Shown: one piece after another, positions 8,774 to 18,577 of the stretch
Layout: every line of letters begins with the position of its first letter
How positions within the stretch are numbered: position 1 is the first letter of the stretch
Program-made: the position numbers and the translations under genes
Notes under the pieces: generated by a model
What the model saw: the letters and a program-made list of their open reading frames with translations, nothing else
Told to the model about the DNA's origin: nothing
Database searches by the model: none
Source of the DNA: Candidatus Woesearchaeota archaeon CG_4_10_14_0_2_um_filter_33_13
Lineage (GTDB): Archaea > Nanobdellota > Nanobdellia > Woesearchaeales > GW2011-AR9
Direction: 5' to 3'
Length of the DNA: 58,941 bases
Assembly (NCBI GenBank): GCA_002792115.1
Contig: PFNQ01000028.1
Location: 1-58,941 of the forward strand

Positions 8774-9520
8774 ATGCGTTTAACACAAAGTAAAATTGAA
8801 GAAATTGTTTTACCTATCTTAAGTCAAGAAGGATTAATTTTAATAAAATACCTTTATAGCAAAGAGAATGTTTCTGAATTTGACCTTTCTAAAAAAACAA
8901 AATTGGATATCAAGATAGTTAGGAAAATGCTTTACTTACTTTATAACCATAATCTAGTAGGATTTAATCGTAAAAAAGATAAAGAGAAAGGATGGTATAT
9001 TTATTATTGGACTCTTCTTCCAGAAAATGTTAAATTTGCTTATTTCAAAAGAAGGACAGAAACTTTAGCTAAGCTAAAGTATCGTTTAGAAGTAGAAAAA
9101 AAAGAATTGTTTTTTGTCTGTCCGAAAGGTTGTGTGCGGATTAATTTGGATCAAGGATTAGATTTTGAGTTCCATTGTTCTGAGTGCGGAGATTTATTAG
9201 ACCAAGATGATAATCAGAAAATAGTTGCAGGATTAGAAAGGCGCATTCAGGAAATAGAAGCAGAACTTGAAGAATACAAAGAAAAGAAAAAAGAAAAGAA
9301 AGTTGCTGGAAAAGAAAGAAAGAAAGTGGTTAAACAAAAGATTAAAGAAAAGAAACCAGCACCAAAAAAATCTATCGATAAACGCGCCGTTAAAATAAAA
9401 GACATCACTAAAAAAGTTAAAGTTATCAAGCAAAAAAAACCGGCTACTAAAACCACAAAAAAGAAAAAGGTTGATGTTGTTAAAGATAAAACAAAAAATA
9501 AAAGTAAAAAAAAGAAATGA
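8774..9520 (+). CDS. tfe: Transcription factor E (TFE alpha, TFIIE-alpha homolog) with a lysine-rich C-terminal extension
   Basis: N-terminal winged helix (VSEFDLSKKTKLDIKIVRKMLYLLYNHNLV...KEKGWYIYYWTL). Zinc ribbon CPKGC...CSECG. Then about 80 residues with K as the dominant residue. Confidence 0.7.
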   Translation: MRLTQSKIEEIVLPILSQEGLILIKYLYSKENVSEFDLSKKTKLDIKIVRKMLYLLYNHNLVGFNRKKDKEKGWYIYYWTLLPENVKFAYFKRRTETLAKLKYRLEVEKKELFFVCPKGCVRINLDQGLDFEFHCSECGDLLDQDDNQKIVAGLERRIQEIEAELEEYKEKKKEKKVAGKERKKVVKQKIKEKKPAPKKSIDKRAVKIKDITKKVKVIKQKKPATKTTKKKKVDVVKDKTKNKSKKKK

Positions 9521-9748
9521 TTATCTTCTTTTCTTCTTAGAAACCTTTCCTTTGCGAACTTCTTTTTCAATCAGTGTTTCTTCCTTGAGTACTTTAGCGG
9601 TCATCTTTTGGATATTTAGTTCCATAGAAGCAACCCTTCGTTCCATCAAGATTAACACTCTTAAAGAGTACACAATTGCTGCTAATGTTCCAATAATCAC
9701 AGCAAGAATAACTTCAGCTAATTCTAGTCCTGGCATTTTTTGATACAC
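9521..9748 (-). CDS. Small membrane protein: N-terminal TM helix, amphipathic helix, basic tail
   Basis: MPGLELAEVILAVIIGTLAAIVYSL... The likely real start is ATG at 9736, preceded by GAGGTG. No family assignment. Confidence 0.4.
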   Translation of the reverse strand: MYQKMPGLELAEVILAVIIGTLAAIVYSLRVLILMERRVASMELNIQKMTAKVLKEETLIEKEVRKGKVSKKKRR

Positions 9749-9789
9749 CTCTTTTTAATTGTAATAAAAGAAGAGAGATTTAAAAGTAT

Positions 9790-10350
9790 TTAAACGTTTT
9801 GCCTGGTTGAATATATACATCCACAATATCTCTGTCGATGTATTGGCATTTCCTCTTTCCATTCTTTAACCATTTTTCTTGCAGAATTTAAGTGTTTAAA
9901 CCGTTCCTCTTTGCTTAAATAAAAATCCAGATAAGAGACCGCATTTTTTTCGGAAATAGTTTTAGCCATAAAATTAATTGTGATTATATCCTTGTAGGGG
10001 CTGATATTTAAAGTTGTTGAAAAGTGAGTGAATCCTTTATTTTTAGCAACTCTAGCTGTTTCTTCCAATCTGTCTTTAAAACAGACTACACATCGCTTTC
10101 CGTTTTCCGGTTCCGTCTCCAACCCCTTAACTAAAGACAACCATTTTTCTGGTTCATACCTACCTTCAATTAAAGGAAGTCCTAGTTTTTTAGCAATACT
10201 TCTTGTTGTTTCCAACCTTTGCAAGTATTCTTCTTGTGGATGCACATTTGGATTATAAAAAAAAAGTGTTACATTACCGTCTTTAATAAGGGGGGTATAA
10301 CTAAGAAAACAAATTCCACAACAAACATGAAAAAGTATTTTCCGACTCAT
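9790..10350 (-). CDS. queH: Epoxyqueuosine reductase QueH (DUF208)
   Basis: 186 aa. HVCCGIC, FFYNPNVHP.EEY, EPENGKRCVVCFKDRLEETA, FSTTLNISPYKD, RQRYCGCIYS. This is the conserved Cys pattern and motifs of the DUF208/QueH family. Confidence 0.78.
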   Translation of the reverse strand: MSRKILFHVCCGICFLSYTPLIKDGNVTLFFYNPNVHPQEEYLQRLETTRSIAKKLGLPLIEGRYEPEKWLSLVKGLETEPENGKRCVVCFKDRLEETARVAKNKGFTHFSTTLNISPYKDIITINFMAKTISEKNAVSYLDFYLSKEERFKHLNSARKMVKEWKEEMPIHRQRYCGCIYSTRQNV

Positions 10351-10405
10351 TCCTCACAAAAACAAACTAAAGCTTTATAAAATAAACTAAAAACTAAAAT
10401 ATATC

Positions 10406-10813
10406 ATGGAAGATTACGAATCACTATTAAAAAAAGCTGAAGAAGAATTACCAGAAAATGTTTTGGGTTCAGATAGGTTTGTCGTTGAAAAGGTAATGGG
10501 GCACCTAGAGGGGAACAAAACAGTTATTAGTAATCTCCACCAAATTGCCAAAACCATCGGCAGAGATACAACTCATCTTTTGAAATATTTATTGCGGGAA
10601 CTTGCAACCCCTGGAAAGATTGTTGGTGAAAGGGTAATATTTGGAACTAAAGTTTCAGCAGCAAACATTAATAAAAAAATTAAGAAATATGTTTCTGAAT
10701 TTGTGTTTTGTGCTGAATGTGGTAAACCTGATACTAAATTAATTGAAGAAAAAGAAATTATGTATTTAAAATGCTTAGCCTGTGGTGCTAAGAAACCGGT
10801 GAAAAGAGTATGA
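10406..10813 (+). CDS. eif2b: Translation initiation factor aIF2 beta subunit
   Basis: 135 aa. YESLLKKAEEELPE, RF.V.K...H.EGNKTVISN, LLKYLLRELATPG, C-terminal zinc ribbon CAECGKPDT...CLACGA. Confidence 0.9.
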   Translation: MEDYESLLKKAEEELPENVLGSDRFVVEKVMGHLEGNKTVISNLHQIAKTIGRDTTHLLKYLLRELATPGKIVGERVIFGTKVSAANINKKIKKYVSEFVFCAECGKPDTKLIEEKEIMYLKCLACGAKKPVKRV

Positions 10814-11115
10814 GTTTTGTAGTTACAAGAAAAGATCTTCCAGAAGGTTCAATTTTAGTAATTACAGATAAAGAAGTTCTTGGAAAAGTTTTTGTTGAAG
10901 GGAAAAAACAACTTGATCTTTCTAAACCATTTTATCATGGAGAAGAAAAAACCATTGAAAAGATTAAAGAAGAAATTAAATCAACTTACATTCTTCATTT
11001 AAGTGGAGAAAATAGTGTTTCTTTAGGTGTAGAACTTGGTTTAGTTGATAATAATCGAATTATTTGGATTCAAAATGTTCCGCATGCTGAAGTTGTATTA
11101 GAAAAATGGAGTTAA
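10810..11115 (+). CDS. DUF424-like small protein, overlaps the aIF2-beta stop
   Basis: 101 aa. ILVITDKEVLGKVF.EG...LDLSKPFYHGEE...HLSGENSV...IQNVPHAEV resembles the archaeal DUF424 family often found next to aIF2-beta. ATGA overlap with the upstream gene. Confidence 0.55.
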   Translation: MSFVVTRKDLPEGSILVITDKEVLGKVFVEGKKQLDLSKPFYHGEEKTIEKIKEEIKSTYILHLSGENSVSLGVELGLVDNNRIIWIQNVPHAEVVLEKWS

Positions 11116-11654
11116 ATTATTTTTCTGAAGGCCCAAAATCGTATGGACCAAAATTCCCAAATAAAATTTTAACCAGTTTATCTAGAGAGCAAGGAGATCT
11201 AGAAACCGCTCTTCAAAACCCAGATTCACAATTTTCAATTCATGCCTTAATTGGAGAGATTGCTGCACGACCTTTTACTGCAGCACCTTTTGCGGCGTTT
11301 AGTGGTGTATTTAAAGGAAGAATGGCAACAGGAATTTACTTTTTAGCATATAATGTTAGTGCTACTGTTCCTCGTGAAGGTGGTACGATAAAGCACTGGT
11401 TTTTTGGCGCGAACAGAAGTTTAAGTGTTGGTGGCGAAACTCTCACTCCTGATCCAATCAATAGGATAACTCGCCCAGAACATTACGCACAATTAATCAT
11501 AAGTGTAACAGTAGATATCTTAAGACACAAATCCAAGGTAAACCTTCATTCTTATGAGATTGGTACAGAATTATTAACTCATGCTTATTTAACCAAACGG
11601 TTACAAACCGCAGAAGAAGAAAATTCCGATTTATCGATTATTCTTAATTTGTAG
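11106..11654 (+). CDS. Hypothetical protein
   Basis: 182-aa ORF overlapping the previous gene by 10 nt. Ala/Gly/Pro-richer and Lys-poorer than neighbouring proteins. No motif recognised. Confidence 0.45.
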   Translation: MELNYFSEGPKSYGPKFPNKILTSLSREQGDLETALQNPDSQFSIHALIGEIAARPFTAAPFAAFSGVFKGRMATGIYFLAYNVSATVPREGGTIKHWFFGANRSLSVGGETLTPDPINRITRPEHYAQLIISVTVDILRHKSKVNLHSYEIGTELLTHAYLTKRLQTAEEENSDLSIILNL

Positions 11655-11665
11655 GATTTTTTCTT

Positions 11666-14600
11666 TTAACCAAAAAAATCTACCAGACCGGCTTGTTTCT
11701 CCTTCTCTTTCCCAAAAATATTATCTACATTTAGCTTGAGTAATTCTAACGTCTGTTTTAAGTAAGGAGAAAAATCATAATTATCAGATAATCTTAAAGA
11801 ATGTCCTAAATATTTGATCACAGAACCTTCTGAAATTGTAAAGATTAACTTTCCTCCACAATTCGAACATTTTCCGATCAAGGGAGGACGACGATATTTT
11901 TCATTGCACTTCACACAGCGAAAGGTTTGCATAGAATATTTACGTAAGTTTCCCCGAATATCTTTAAGAAAATGCTTTTGGATAACTAATTTAGCCACAT
12001 CATCCATATTAACGGCCCGAACTTTTTGGGCAATGTCCATTTGACCAATTAGTTTATCTTCCATAGTTGGAAGCGTTTTATATGCAGAACATAACACTCC
12101 TTTGTTAAAATTGTCAACTGAATGAGTAAACCCAAATCCTTCGTATTGTTCTGGTTTTCCTAATCTGCTACTTAACTGCTCAACCTTAACCTCCCAGGCT
12201 TTCTTCATTTCTAATGTTGCTTCATAAAATTCTAAAGGATATTTCCACGCAGTATCCATCTCTAAAACTTGATCATCAACTTCAGAAGGATATATTGTTG
12301 AAGTTAATACTAACGGAGCATCCATTGTTTTTGCTCCCCGTCTTTCTGGCAAATATTGTCTAGAAAAATTTAACAATGCATCCATAAACATCATTATTCC
12401 TGCTTCATCCCCATCACAATCTCTACGCATAGCTGCGTGATACATTGGATGTGCCAAAAGTCCTTGTGTTTCTGAATATCCAATAATGCGGCCAATAATC
12501 CCTGCTGAAATGTGGGGAGCTAATCCAATTACTAAATGACCAACTAAATCTTCAGGAGTTTTTGCGCTATAAAATGGTTTTAATTTGTAAAATTTAATTA
12601 ATAATTCATCAATAAATCCAGCCACCCTCAGCATTGCATTTGCTGCAGACTCATCCAAAGAATCAAATCCTGGCAAAACCAAATCTTGTGGCTTTAATTC
12701 TAAAAGTTGATCTTCATCATTTAACTCTTTTCCGTAAATGTCTTTCTTATATCCTAATTCTAGTAGTTTTTTTATTGAAGTACGAATTTCTTTTGGTTTA
12801 AAATGAGTAAGAGGTAATTCTGTTGCATCATATCTAGTTGTACCATCTTTGTTTACACAAATATTAAATTGAGCTCGCAAAATACCTTTAGCAAGGTGTT
12901 CAGGAATATGGTTTTTATTTGAAGTCCCCTTAACTCCTTTGATCAAATCAGGATGGATTGTGACTCCTAACCGCTGTTTAGCTTTTTCAAAATAATAATT
13001 TATGTCAATATCCGCCGTTTTATAAGTATTAGTTGGTCCATGGCGGCAAGTATCCTTATCAGTATCGCCACAAAATCTACAATAATAATGCTGTACACAC
13101 TTCTCCCCGCATTCTTCACAACTTCGATAAATAGATTGTTTTTGACATTTCTGACAATAAAATGTAGGGAAAGTACTATTTATTTTTCCTGCTTGTAATG
13201 CAGATTGGAAGCTTCTTAACCGATCCCCCTCTTCACCAACAGGAAACATTGCTTGTGGAGATCCTTTCAATGCCCGCATTTTAGCTTTTTCTGGTCTACC
13301 CATTCGAGCACCAATAAATATCCCTGCTTTATCTTTAATCTTTATATCACATAATAAATTAATAATATCTAACCCATTTTTATCCTTAACCATGTCCATT
13401 GAAAAATTAACTTTTTCCAACTCTTTCTGATTCTTAAAGTTAAAAGAAAGTGCAAGGATTGTAGCTTCCTTACGATTTATTACTATATTTTCCTTGTTAA
13501 CAATTTGGTGTGTTACTCCTAGCTCTTCCAACACCCTTTTTCCATTAAGATGGGCCTCTTTACTTGCATAATAAGGAAGGATAATTTTTTTAACTCCTTT
13601 TTCATCTATTTTTACTTTCCCCTCACAAAGCCATTCTCTTAACATTAACAAATCTTTTCCACTGACTAATTTCCAATAAAAAATATACTCAGGATGTAGT
13701 GGAACGTCAAGCTCTTTACTAATCTTCCTTGCTTCCTCTAATGTTGGAAGATTTAAAAGTGGATTTTCAATTAATAATGTAATTCTTTCCCCGAGCAAGG
13801 TTGTTTTCTTTGCTGCAATTTTAAGTTGTCCTTTATCAGAAAGATTTTTGATGGATTTATCAACCTCTAACGCCCACCATTCTGGACAATATCCCGCTGG
13901 ACATAAATCATGTCCACTTTCACTAAAGTCTCCGTAAGTAAACATAATATCTCCTAAAAATAAAATTGTTTGAATATCATTATTGACTTCCTTGGCCTCC
14001 TCTTCAGTAAAAAGTTGTCTTACACTACCATCAACAAGTTTAACAATCGGTCCTTCTATGGTATCACAAACCGTAACAGATGCCCCTTTTCTGGGTCGTT
14101 CTACCTTTAATTGTGTACCAATAGCTAAAAATTTGTTTAAAACATACATAGTGGCTGCATGCATTCCAACTGCATACATCCCACACGTTCGTCCCCTTCC
14201 ATATCTTAATCTAAATCCTCCAATCGCCATTGGATGAGTAAGAATTGGTCTACCTGCAACGAGATCCATGATATAAGTATTGTTTGGTTTTATGGTCTTT
14301 TTTTCCGGTTCGTTAGATTTCTTTTCTTTTTTGTTGTCAATTCGAGCATGGATTTCTTCTTTTAACTTAATGAACTGTTCTAAAAAACCCCAATGTTCCA
14401 TCCCAAAATCCTTGCCCCATTTGGCTAACTTTTTCCATAATTTTGGTGATTTTTGTGAAAGGCCTTCTGCTAAAACTAAAGCCACACCCCCCCTAATTTT
14501 ATTAGTTTCAATTCTCGGTAAATCTTTATAATTAGAAACTTCAATCTTTTCTGTTGGGTCACCATCAACTTCAACTGGAAGATGTGAAACCATAAATTTA

Positions 14601-15256
14601 ATTTCTTCATCAGAAGGATGGTATTGTAAATTTGTAACCCTATCATGATAATCATGAACTTCAGAAGCATATCTATTTACTTCTGCTTCTTCTGGATCGT
14701 ATGGTGAATATCCCATTTTAATTCTGATATAATCCGCTAAAAGTACAGAAAATGATGCCCCAGTTCCTCCGGCAGCTCTAATTGGCCCAGCATATTGCAA
14801 GGCAAAATATTCTTTGTTGTCTTTTCTTTTCTTAATTTTTAATCCGATAAATCCTTCCAAGGGAGCAGATACCACCCCTAAAGTGATATAAGAAAATCCA
14901 ATTCTAATGCCTACTTCCATCGCTTCTAATTTATCTTTAAATTTGCAATATTTTTCTTTAGCAACTTCTTCAGCAATAATAAATGCCACTCTCCAATCTA
15001 ACATTCCGTATTCCTTTTCTAATTCAATTATTCTTTCGGGAATAGGTGTTCCTTCAATTTGCGGAGCCACTACTGAAATTAATCCAACTACTCGTTCTGC
15101 CATGTTTTTTGCTACTGGAATTCCTACTTTATCTTCTGGATCAAGACCTAATTTACGAGCCATATTGGCAAGATCATAGCCACGCTTAACTTCATCATTA
15201 ATACTTTTAAAGTAATTCAACATTTCTGGAGAGGTTGTTATTTCCATATTTTTCAT
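11666..15256 (-). CDS. polC: DNA polymerase D (Pol II) large subunit DP2
   Basis: 1196 aa with several Cys clusters (CQKCQK...CEECG, CRFCGD, CVKCNEKYRRPP..GKCSNCGG) and MRRDCDGDE. Length and order (downstream of DP1) match the archaeal PolD catalytic subunit. No intein-sized insertion. Confidence 0.95.
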   Translation of the reverse strand: MKNMEITTSPEMLNYFKSINDEVKRGYDLANMARKLGLDPEDKVGIPVAKNMAERVVGLISVVAPQIEGTPIPERIIELEKEYGMLDWRVAFIIAEEVAKEKYCKFKDKLEAMEVGIRIGFSYITLGVVSAPLEGFIGLKIKKRKDNKEYFALQYAGPIRAAGGTGASFSVLLADYIRIKMGYSPYDPEEAEVNRYASEVHDYHDRVTNLQYHPSDEEIKFMVSHLPVEVDGDPTEKIEVSNYKDLPRIETNKIRGGVALVLAEGLSQKSPKLWKKLAKWGKDFGMEHWGFLEQFIKLKEEIHARIDNKKEKKSNEPEKKTIKPNNTYIMDLVAGRPILTHPMAIGGFRLRYGRGRTCGMYAVGMHAATMYVLNKFLAIGTQLKVERPRKGASVTVCDTIEGPIVKLVDGSVRQLFTEEEAKEVNNDIQTILFLGDIMFTYGDFSESGHDLCPAGYCPEWWALEVDKSIKNLSDKGQLKIAAKKTTLLGERITLLIENPLLNLPTLEEARKISKELDVPLHPEYIFYWKLVSGKDLLMLREWLCEGKVKIDEKGVKKIILPYYASKEAHLNGKRVLEELGVTHQIVNKENIVINRKEATILALSFNFKNQKELEKVNFSMDMVKDKNGLDIINLLCDIKIKDKAGIFIGARMGRPEKAKMRALKGSPQAMFPVGEEGDRLRSFQSALQAGKINSTFPTFYCQKCQKQSIYRSCEECGEKCVQHYYCRFCGDTDKDTCRHGPTNTYKTADIDINYYFEKAKQRLGVTIHPDLIKGVKGTSNKNHIPEHLAKGILRAQFNICVNKDGTTRYDATELPLTHFKPKEIRTSIKKLLELGYKKDIYGKELNDEDQLLELKPQDLVLPGFDSLDESAANAMLRVAGFIDELLIKFYKLKPFYSAKTPEDLVGHLVIGLAPHISAGIIGRIIGYSETQGLLAHPMYHAAMRRDCDGDEAGIMMFMDALLNFSRQYLPERRGAKTMDAPLVLTSTIYPSEVDDQVLEMDTAWKYPLEFYEATLEMKKAWEVKVEQLSSRLGKPEQYEGFGFTHSVDNFNKGVLCSAYKTLPTMEDKLIGQMDIAQKVRAVNMDDVAKLVIQKHFLKDIRGNLRKYSMQTFRCVKCNEKYRRPPLIGKCSNCGGKLIFTISEGSVIKYLGHSLRLSDNYDFSPYLKQTLELLKLNVDNIFGKEKEKQAGLVDFFG

Positions 15257-16962
15257 TAAACAAATTTTAAAATTTTCACTTGTCTTGTTTTTAAATTTAC
15301 TAATGGCACCCTACCAGGTTCTGGCTCGTGCCCCATCTTTTCTTGAAATGATGTTTTGCCTTGCCAACAACTACCACAAATCATCGTAACTCCTTTATAA
15401 TTTGCTACTTTTGAATAATGGATATGCCCAGTGATAAAAAAATCGGGAATAATTTTAATTAAGAGCGGATCTTCTTTATGGCCAGGAAAGTAAGGAGTGG
15501 ATTTAAATGAAGGAGCTAAGTGTCTCCTTCTTAACAAAAATTTCATGATTAAATCTGCACGATGATATCCTCCTCCGTTCCTGATTGTTTCCACATTTGA
15601 AACATAATAATCAAAACTGTATCCATGGTACATCAATACGTCAAACCCGGAAAAACTTTTTGTTTTACCAATATTAACAACGGCTGGATTAGTAACTAAA
15701 GTAACATTAGGCATCAAAAATAAATCGGGGGCATATTGTTTATAAAAAATCGGTTGCGGCTCTGCTAAATGGACCATATCATGATTCCCTGGACAAATTA
15801 TTATTTGTTTGTTTTGAGGAATTTGTTTAATCAAACGACAAAATTCTTTATACTGGCCATCAATTGTTTTAATAGATAATTCCTCTTCTTGTGAAGGATA
15901 TATACCAATGCCATCAACTAAATCTCCGGCAATGATAATGTATTTAACGTTTTCTGCCAACTTTTTTTGTTCATCGTTGCCGACCTCTCCAGAGATCCAG
16001 GAAATAAATTTTTGAAATTCTTCGTGCAAGAAAAGAGAAGAACCAACGTGAACATCGGAAAGGAATATTGCATGCTCCTCTTCATGAGACTTTTTAAATT
16101 CTCGATTTTCAGGAATATCTGGCCAGAGAATTTTTTCAGCAAATATTATTTTATCTCCGCTCTTACCTACAATCCCCAATATTTCATCCGGAACAATCTC
16201 TTGTGCTTCTGCAAAAAGGTCACGATTGTTTTTTGAAATTAGTACTTTAATCATTCCAGTTGGATCTTCTAATGTTAATATTATATGTCCAGTTTTAGTG
16301 TTTCCTACTTCTGCAACTAGTCCAATTATTGAAACTGCTTCTTTTTCACTTTTACTTAAAAGCCTATTTATTGAAAGTGTTCCTTGTAGATCTTGTCTTT
16401 GTCTTAATATTCCTTCTAAAAAACGATATCGTGACAAAAAAATATTAGCAAAGTCCTTTACTTCATATTTTATGGGTTTATTATTAAATGACACTACAAC
16501 ATTTACTCCGGAAATAATGGAAGCTGAATGAGCAAAAATCTCTTCATTTTTAATTTCTGTATCTGGTACAAAAGTAGTTTCATTACTAAAATTACTTTCC
16601 GCTAAATTAAATTTTAATTCTGTTTCTAAAGATGAAATTTCTTGACTATTTTCTTTACTGGTGGTTAAATTTCCTTCTTCTTTCACAACTACTGTCGTAC
16701 GTTTTAAGGTTTGTATTTCACTTTGATATAATTCATTATCTCTCTCTTTTTCAGATTCAACTCTAAACTTATCTAATTCGTACCAATCAACTAAAGAAGT
16801 TTGCTGTTTAATTACTTCAGCATAATCAGAATTAATAACTAGAAGATCTTCTTCTAAAGAAATTTCTTTTGTTTCATTATTGATATCTCCTCGCAAGAAG
16901 TCTTCACTAACCAAAATTCCTTTGGCAAATAGTTCTTCTACGATCTTTGATTTGTCTTTCAT
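15256..16962 (-). CDS. polB: DNA polymerase D small subunit DP1 (Mre11-like phosphoesterase)
   Basis: 568 aa. OB-fold region then calcineurin-like motifs FLSDVHVGS, IIAGDLVDG, PGNHD, GHIH. Its stop overlaps the DP2 start (TAATG). Confidence 0.92.
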   Translation of the reverse strand: MKDKSKIVEELFAKGILVSEDFLRGDINNETKEISLEEDLLVINSDYAEVIKQQTSLVDWYELDKFRVESEKERDNELYQSEIQTLKRTTVVVKEEGNLTTSKENSQEISSLETELKFNLAESNFSNETTFVPDTEIKNEEIFAHSASIISGVNVVVSFNNKPIKYEVKDFANIFLSRYRFLEGILRQRQDLQGTLSINRLLSKSEKEAVSIIGLVAEVGNTKTGHIILTLEDPTGMIKVLISKNNRDLFAEAQEIVPDEILGIVGKSGDKIIFAEKILWPDIPENREFKKSHEEEHAIFLSDVHVGSSLFLHEEFQKFISWISGEVGNDEQKKLAENVKYIIIAGDLVDGIGIYPSQEEELSIKTIDGQYKEFCRLIKQIPQNKQIIICPGNHDMVHLAEPQPIFYKQYAPDLFLMPNVTLVTNPAVVNIGKTKSFSGFDVLMYHGYSFDYYVSNVETIRNGGGYHRADLIMKFLLRRRHLAPSFKSTPYFPGHKEDPLLIKIIPDFFITGHIHYSKVANYKGVTMICGSCWQGKTSFQEKMGHEPEPGRVPLVNLKTRQVKILKFV

Positions 16963-17016
16963 GATTAAAATAGTTTATTTTTTCTTATTAAACAAATTAA
17001 TTTTTACTAACTTAAT

Positions 17017-18216
17017 TTAAGATATATGTAATGATTTTTCAATTATTTCCTTGATTTTTATTATGACGGATTCTTCAATTGACAATGAAACTTCTCTAGT
17101 TCTTCCGTATCTTCCCTTAGAAATAATCTTAGCATTGATTATGCCCAACATATCCAATTCCGCTAAAATATCTGAAACTCTCCTTTGAGTAAGAATATTA
17201 AACTTTGTTTGTTTACATATATTTTTGTATACTTCATAAATTTCTCCGGTATAAAACATCTTTTTTTGTGGAGAAATGAGTAATATAGAATATAATACTC
17301 CCTGAAACTGTTTTGGTTGATTATTTACGGCGTTAATTATTTTGTCTGTTTCGACTTTTTTTTCTGCATCATCTAAGTGTTCAATTTTAATTAAACTTGA
17401 TCCAGATCTTTCAGCAATTTCTCCAGCAACTCTTAAAAGGTCTATTGCTCTTCTAGCATCTCCATGATCTCTAGCAGAATATGCTGCACATTTCTCAATA
17501 ACTCCCAATTCAACTACTTCAGATTTAAATGCTTTTTTTGATCTTTCTCTTAAAATTTCTTGAATTTGAATAGCATTATATGGTGGAAAAATTAGTTCTT
17601 CTTCAGAAAGACTACTTCTTACTCGTGGATCCAAATTTTCAGAAAATATTAAATTATTAGAAATACCAATCAAACAGATCTGTGAATTCTTTAATTCGGA
17701 GTTGATTCGAGTTAGATTATATAATATTTCATCACCGATTTTTTTTGTAAGTTGATCTATTTCATCTAATACTAATAATACCACTGTTTTTTCTTGATCT
17801 AATAATTTGTAAAAAATGCTATATATTTCATCTGTGGGTAAGCCCGTTGAAGGAACATCTTGCCCAAATTCTTTAATCAGTTGAGATATTAATCTATATT
17901 CAGTATCAGCAACTCGTTTTAATTTACAATTTAAATAAATCGGTTTTAAAGGAACTTTATTTTTGAAAGCAATTTCCCCTAAAGACTTTAATATATGTTT
18001 AACAGAAAGGGTTTTACCTGTGCCCGTTTTACCATAAATAAACAAAGTAGATGGTTTTTCAGTTCTGAGTGCAGGAGCAAGAATATTAGCAACTTCTTGA
18101 AGTTGTTCTTCACGATATAATATGTCTTCGGGAATATAAGAGGACAATAAAACGTTTTTATCTAAAAAAATCGATTCTTTATTTAAAAAATTCTCAAAAA
18201 AACTTTCAATTTGCAT
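17017..18216 (-). CDS. orc1: Orc1/Cdc6 origin recognition / initiator protein
   Basis: Walker A GKTGTGKT, Walker B VLDEID, sensor and ISM region, C-terminal winged helix (RVSDILAELDMLGII...GRYGRT). The ORF track starts at GTG 18225. The ATG at 18214-18216 is preferred because the GTG start would overlap the ORB-like box. Confidence 0.95.
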   Translation of the reverse strand: MQIESFFENFLNKESIFLDKNVLLSSYIPEDILYREEQLQEVANILAPALRTEKPSTLFIYGKTGTGKTLSVKHILKSLGEIAFKNKVPLKPIYLNCKLKRVADTEYRLISQLIKEFGQDVPSTGLPTDEIYSIFYKLLDQEKTVVLLVLDEIDQLTKKIGDEILYNLTRINSELKNSQICLIGISNNLIFSENLDPRVRSSLSEEELIFPPYNAIQIQEILRERSKKAFKSEVVELGVIEKCAAYSARDHGDARRAIDLLRVAGEIAERSGSSLIKIEHLDDAEKKVETDKIINAVNNQPKQFQGVLYSILLISPQKKMFYTGEIYEVYKNICKQTKFNILTQRRVSDILAELDMLGIINAKIISKGRYGRTREVSLSIEESVIIKIKEIIEKSLHIS

Positions 18217-18219
18217 ATG

Positions 18220-18246
18220 CCCCACCCCTTAGTTTCCCATGGAAAC
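18220..18246 (-). promoter_or_regulatory. ORB-like origin recognition box (dyad plus G-string)
   Basis: The minus strand reads GTTTCC ATG GGAAAC TAA GGGGTGGGG: a perfect 6-nt-arm dyad followed by a G-string. This is the organisation described for Orc1-binding ORB elements in Sulfolobus and Pyrococcus origins. It lies 4 nt upstream of the orc1 ATG. Confidence 0.6.
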
Positions 18247-18577
18247 CCTCTTTTCTTTTTTGCGTTGTTGTTATCAAAGTATTAATTTGCTCTTAGTTTT
18301 AATTTTGTGAATCAATCTTTATAAGGAAATTGAGTTTTTGAAATATAAATCAATAACTATCCTTTCTTATACCCATACTGCAAGTGGAACTTATATAAAT
18401 AATTATCTCAATTGTATTTTTCCTTTATTTTTAATGATTTTTAACAGTTTTTAATTTAAAAATATAATATTAATAATACTATTTGCTTCTTTCTTCTTTT
18501 TTCCTTTTTAGATTGAAGATAAGAACGTTAAATGTATTTTTTACGATTTTATTAAAACAGATTAAATTAGGTTTAAA

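Noticed and set aside
9233-9570. Two minus-strand ORFs (66 and 107 aa) rich in Phe/Leu/Ser
   Set aside because: They are antisense to the A-rich lysine-tail coding region of TFE. Poly-F/L translation is the mirror image of poly-K and carries no independent signal.
11814-16531. Multiple 60-100-aa ORFs on the plus strand or in alternative minus-strand frames within the PolD DP2 and DP1 genes. Similar shadow ORFs occur inside the DRG, TyrRS, HAD, QueH, MCM, TtuB-like, ThiI-like and giant surface-protein genes.
   Set aside because: All are fully nested in long, motif-supported ORFs and have skewed low-complexity composition. They are treated as shadows.
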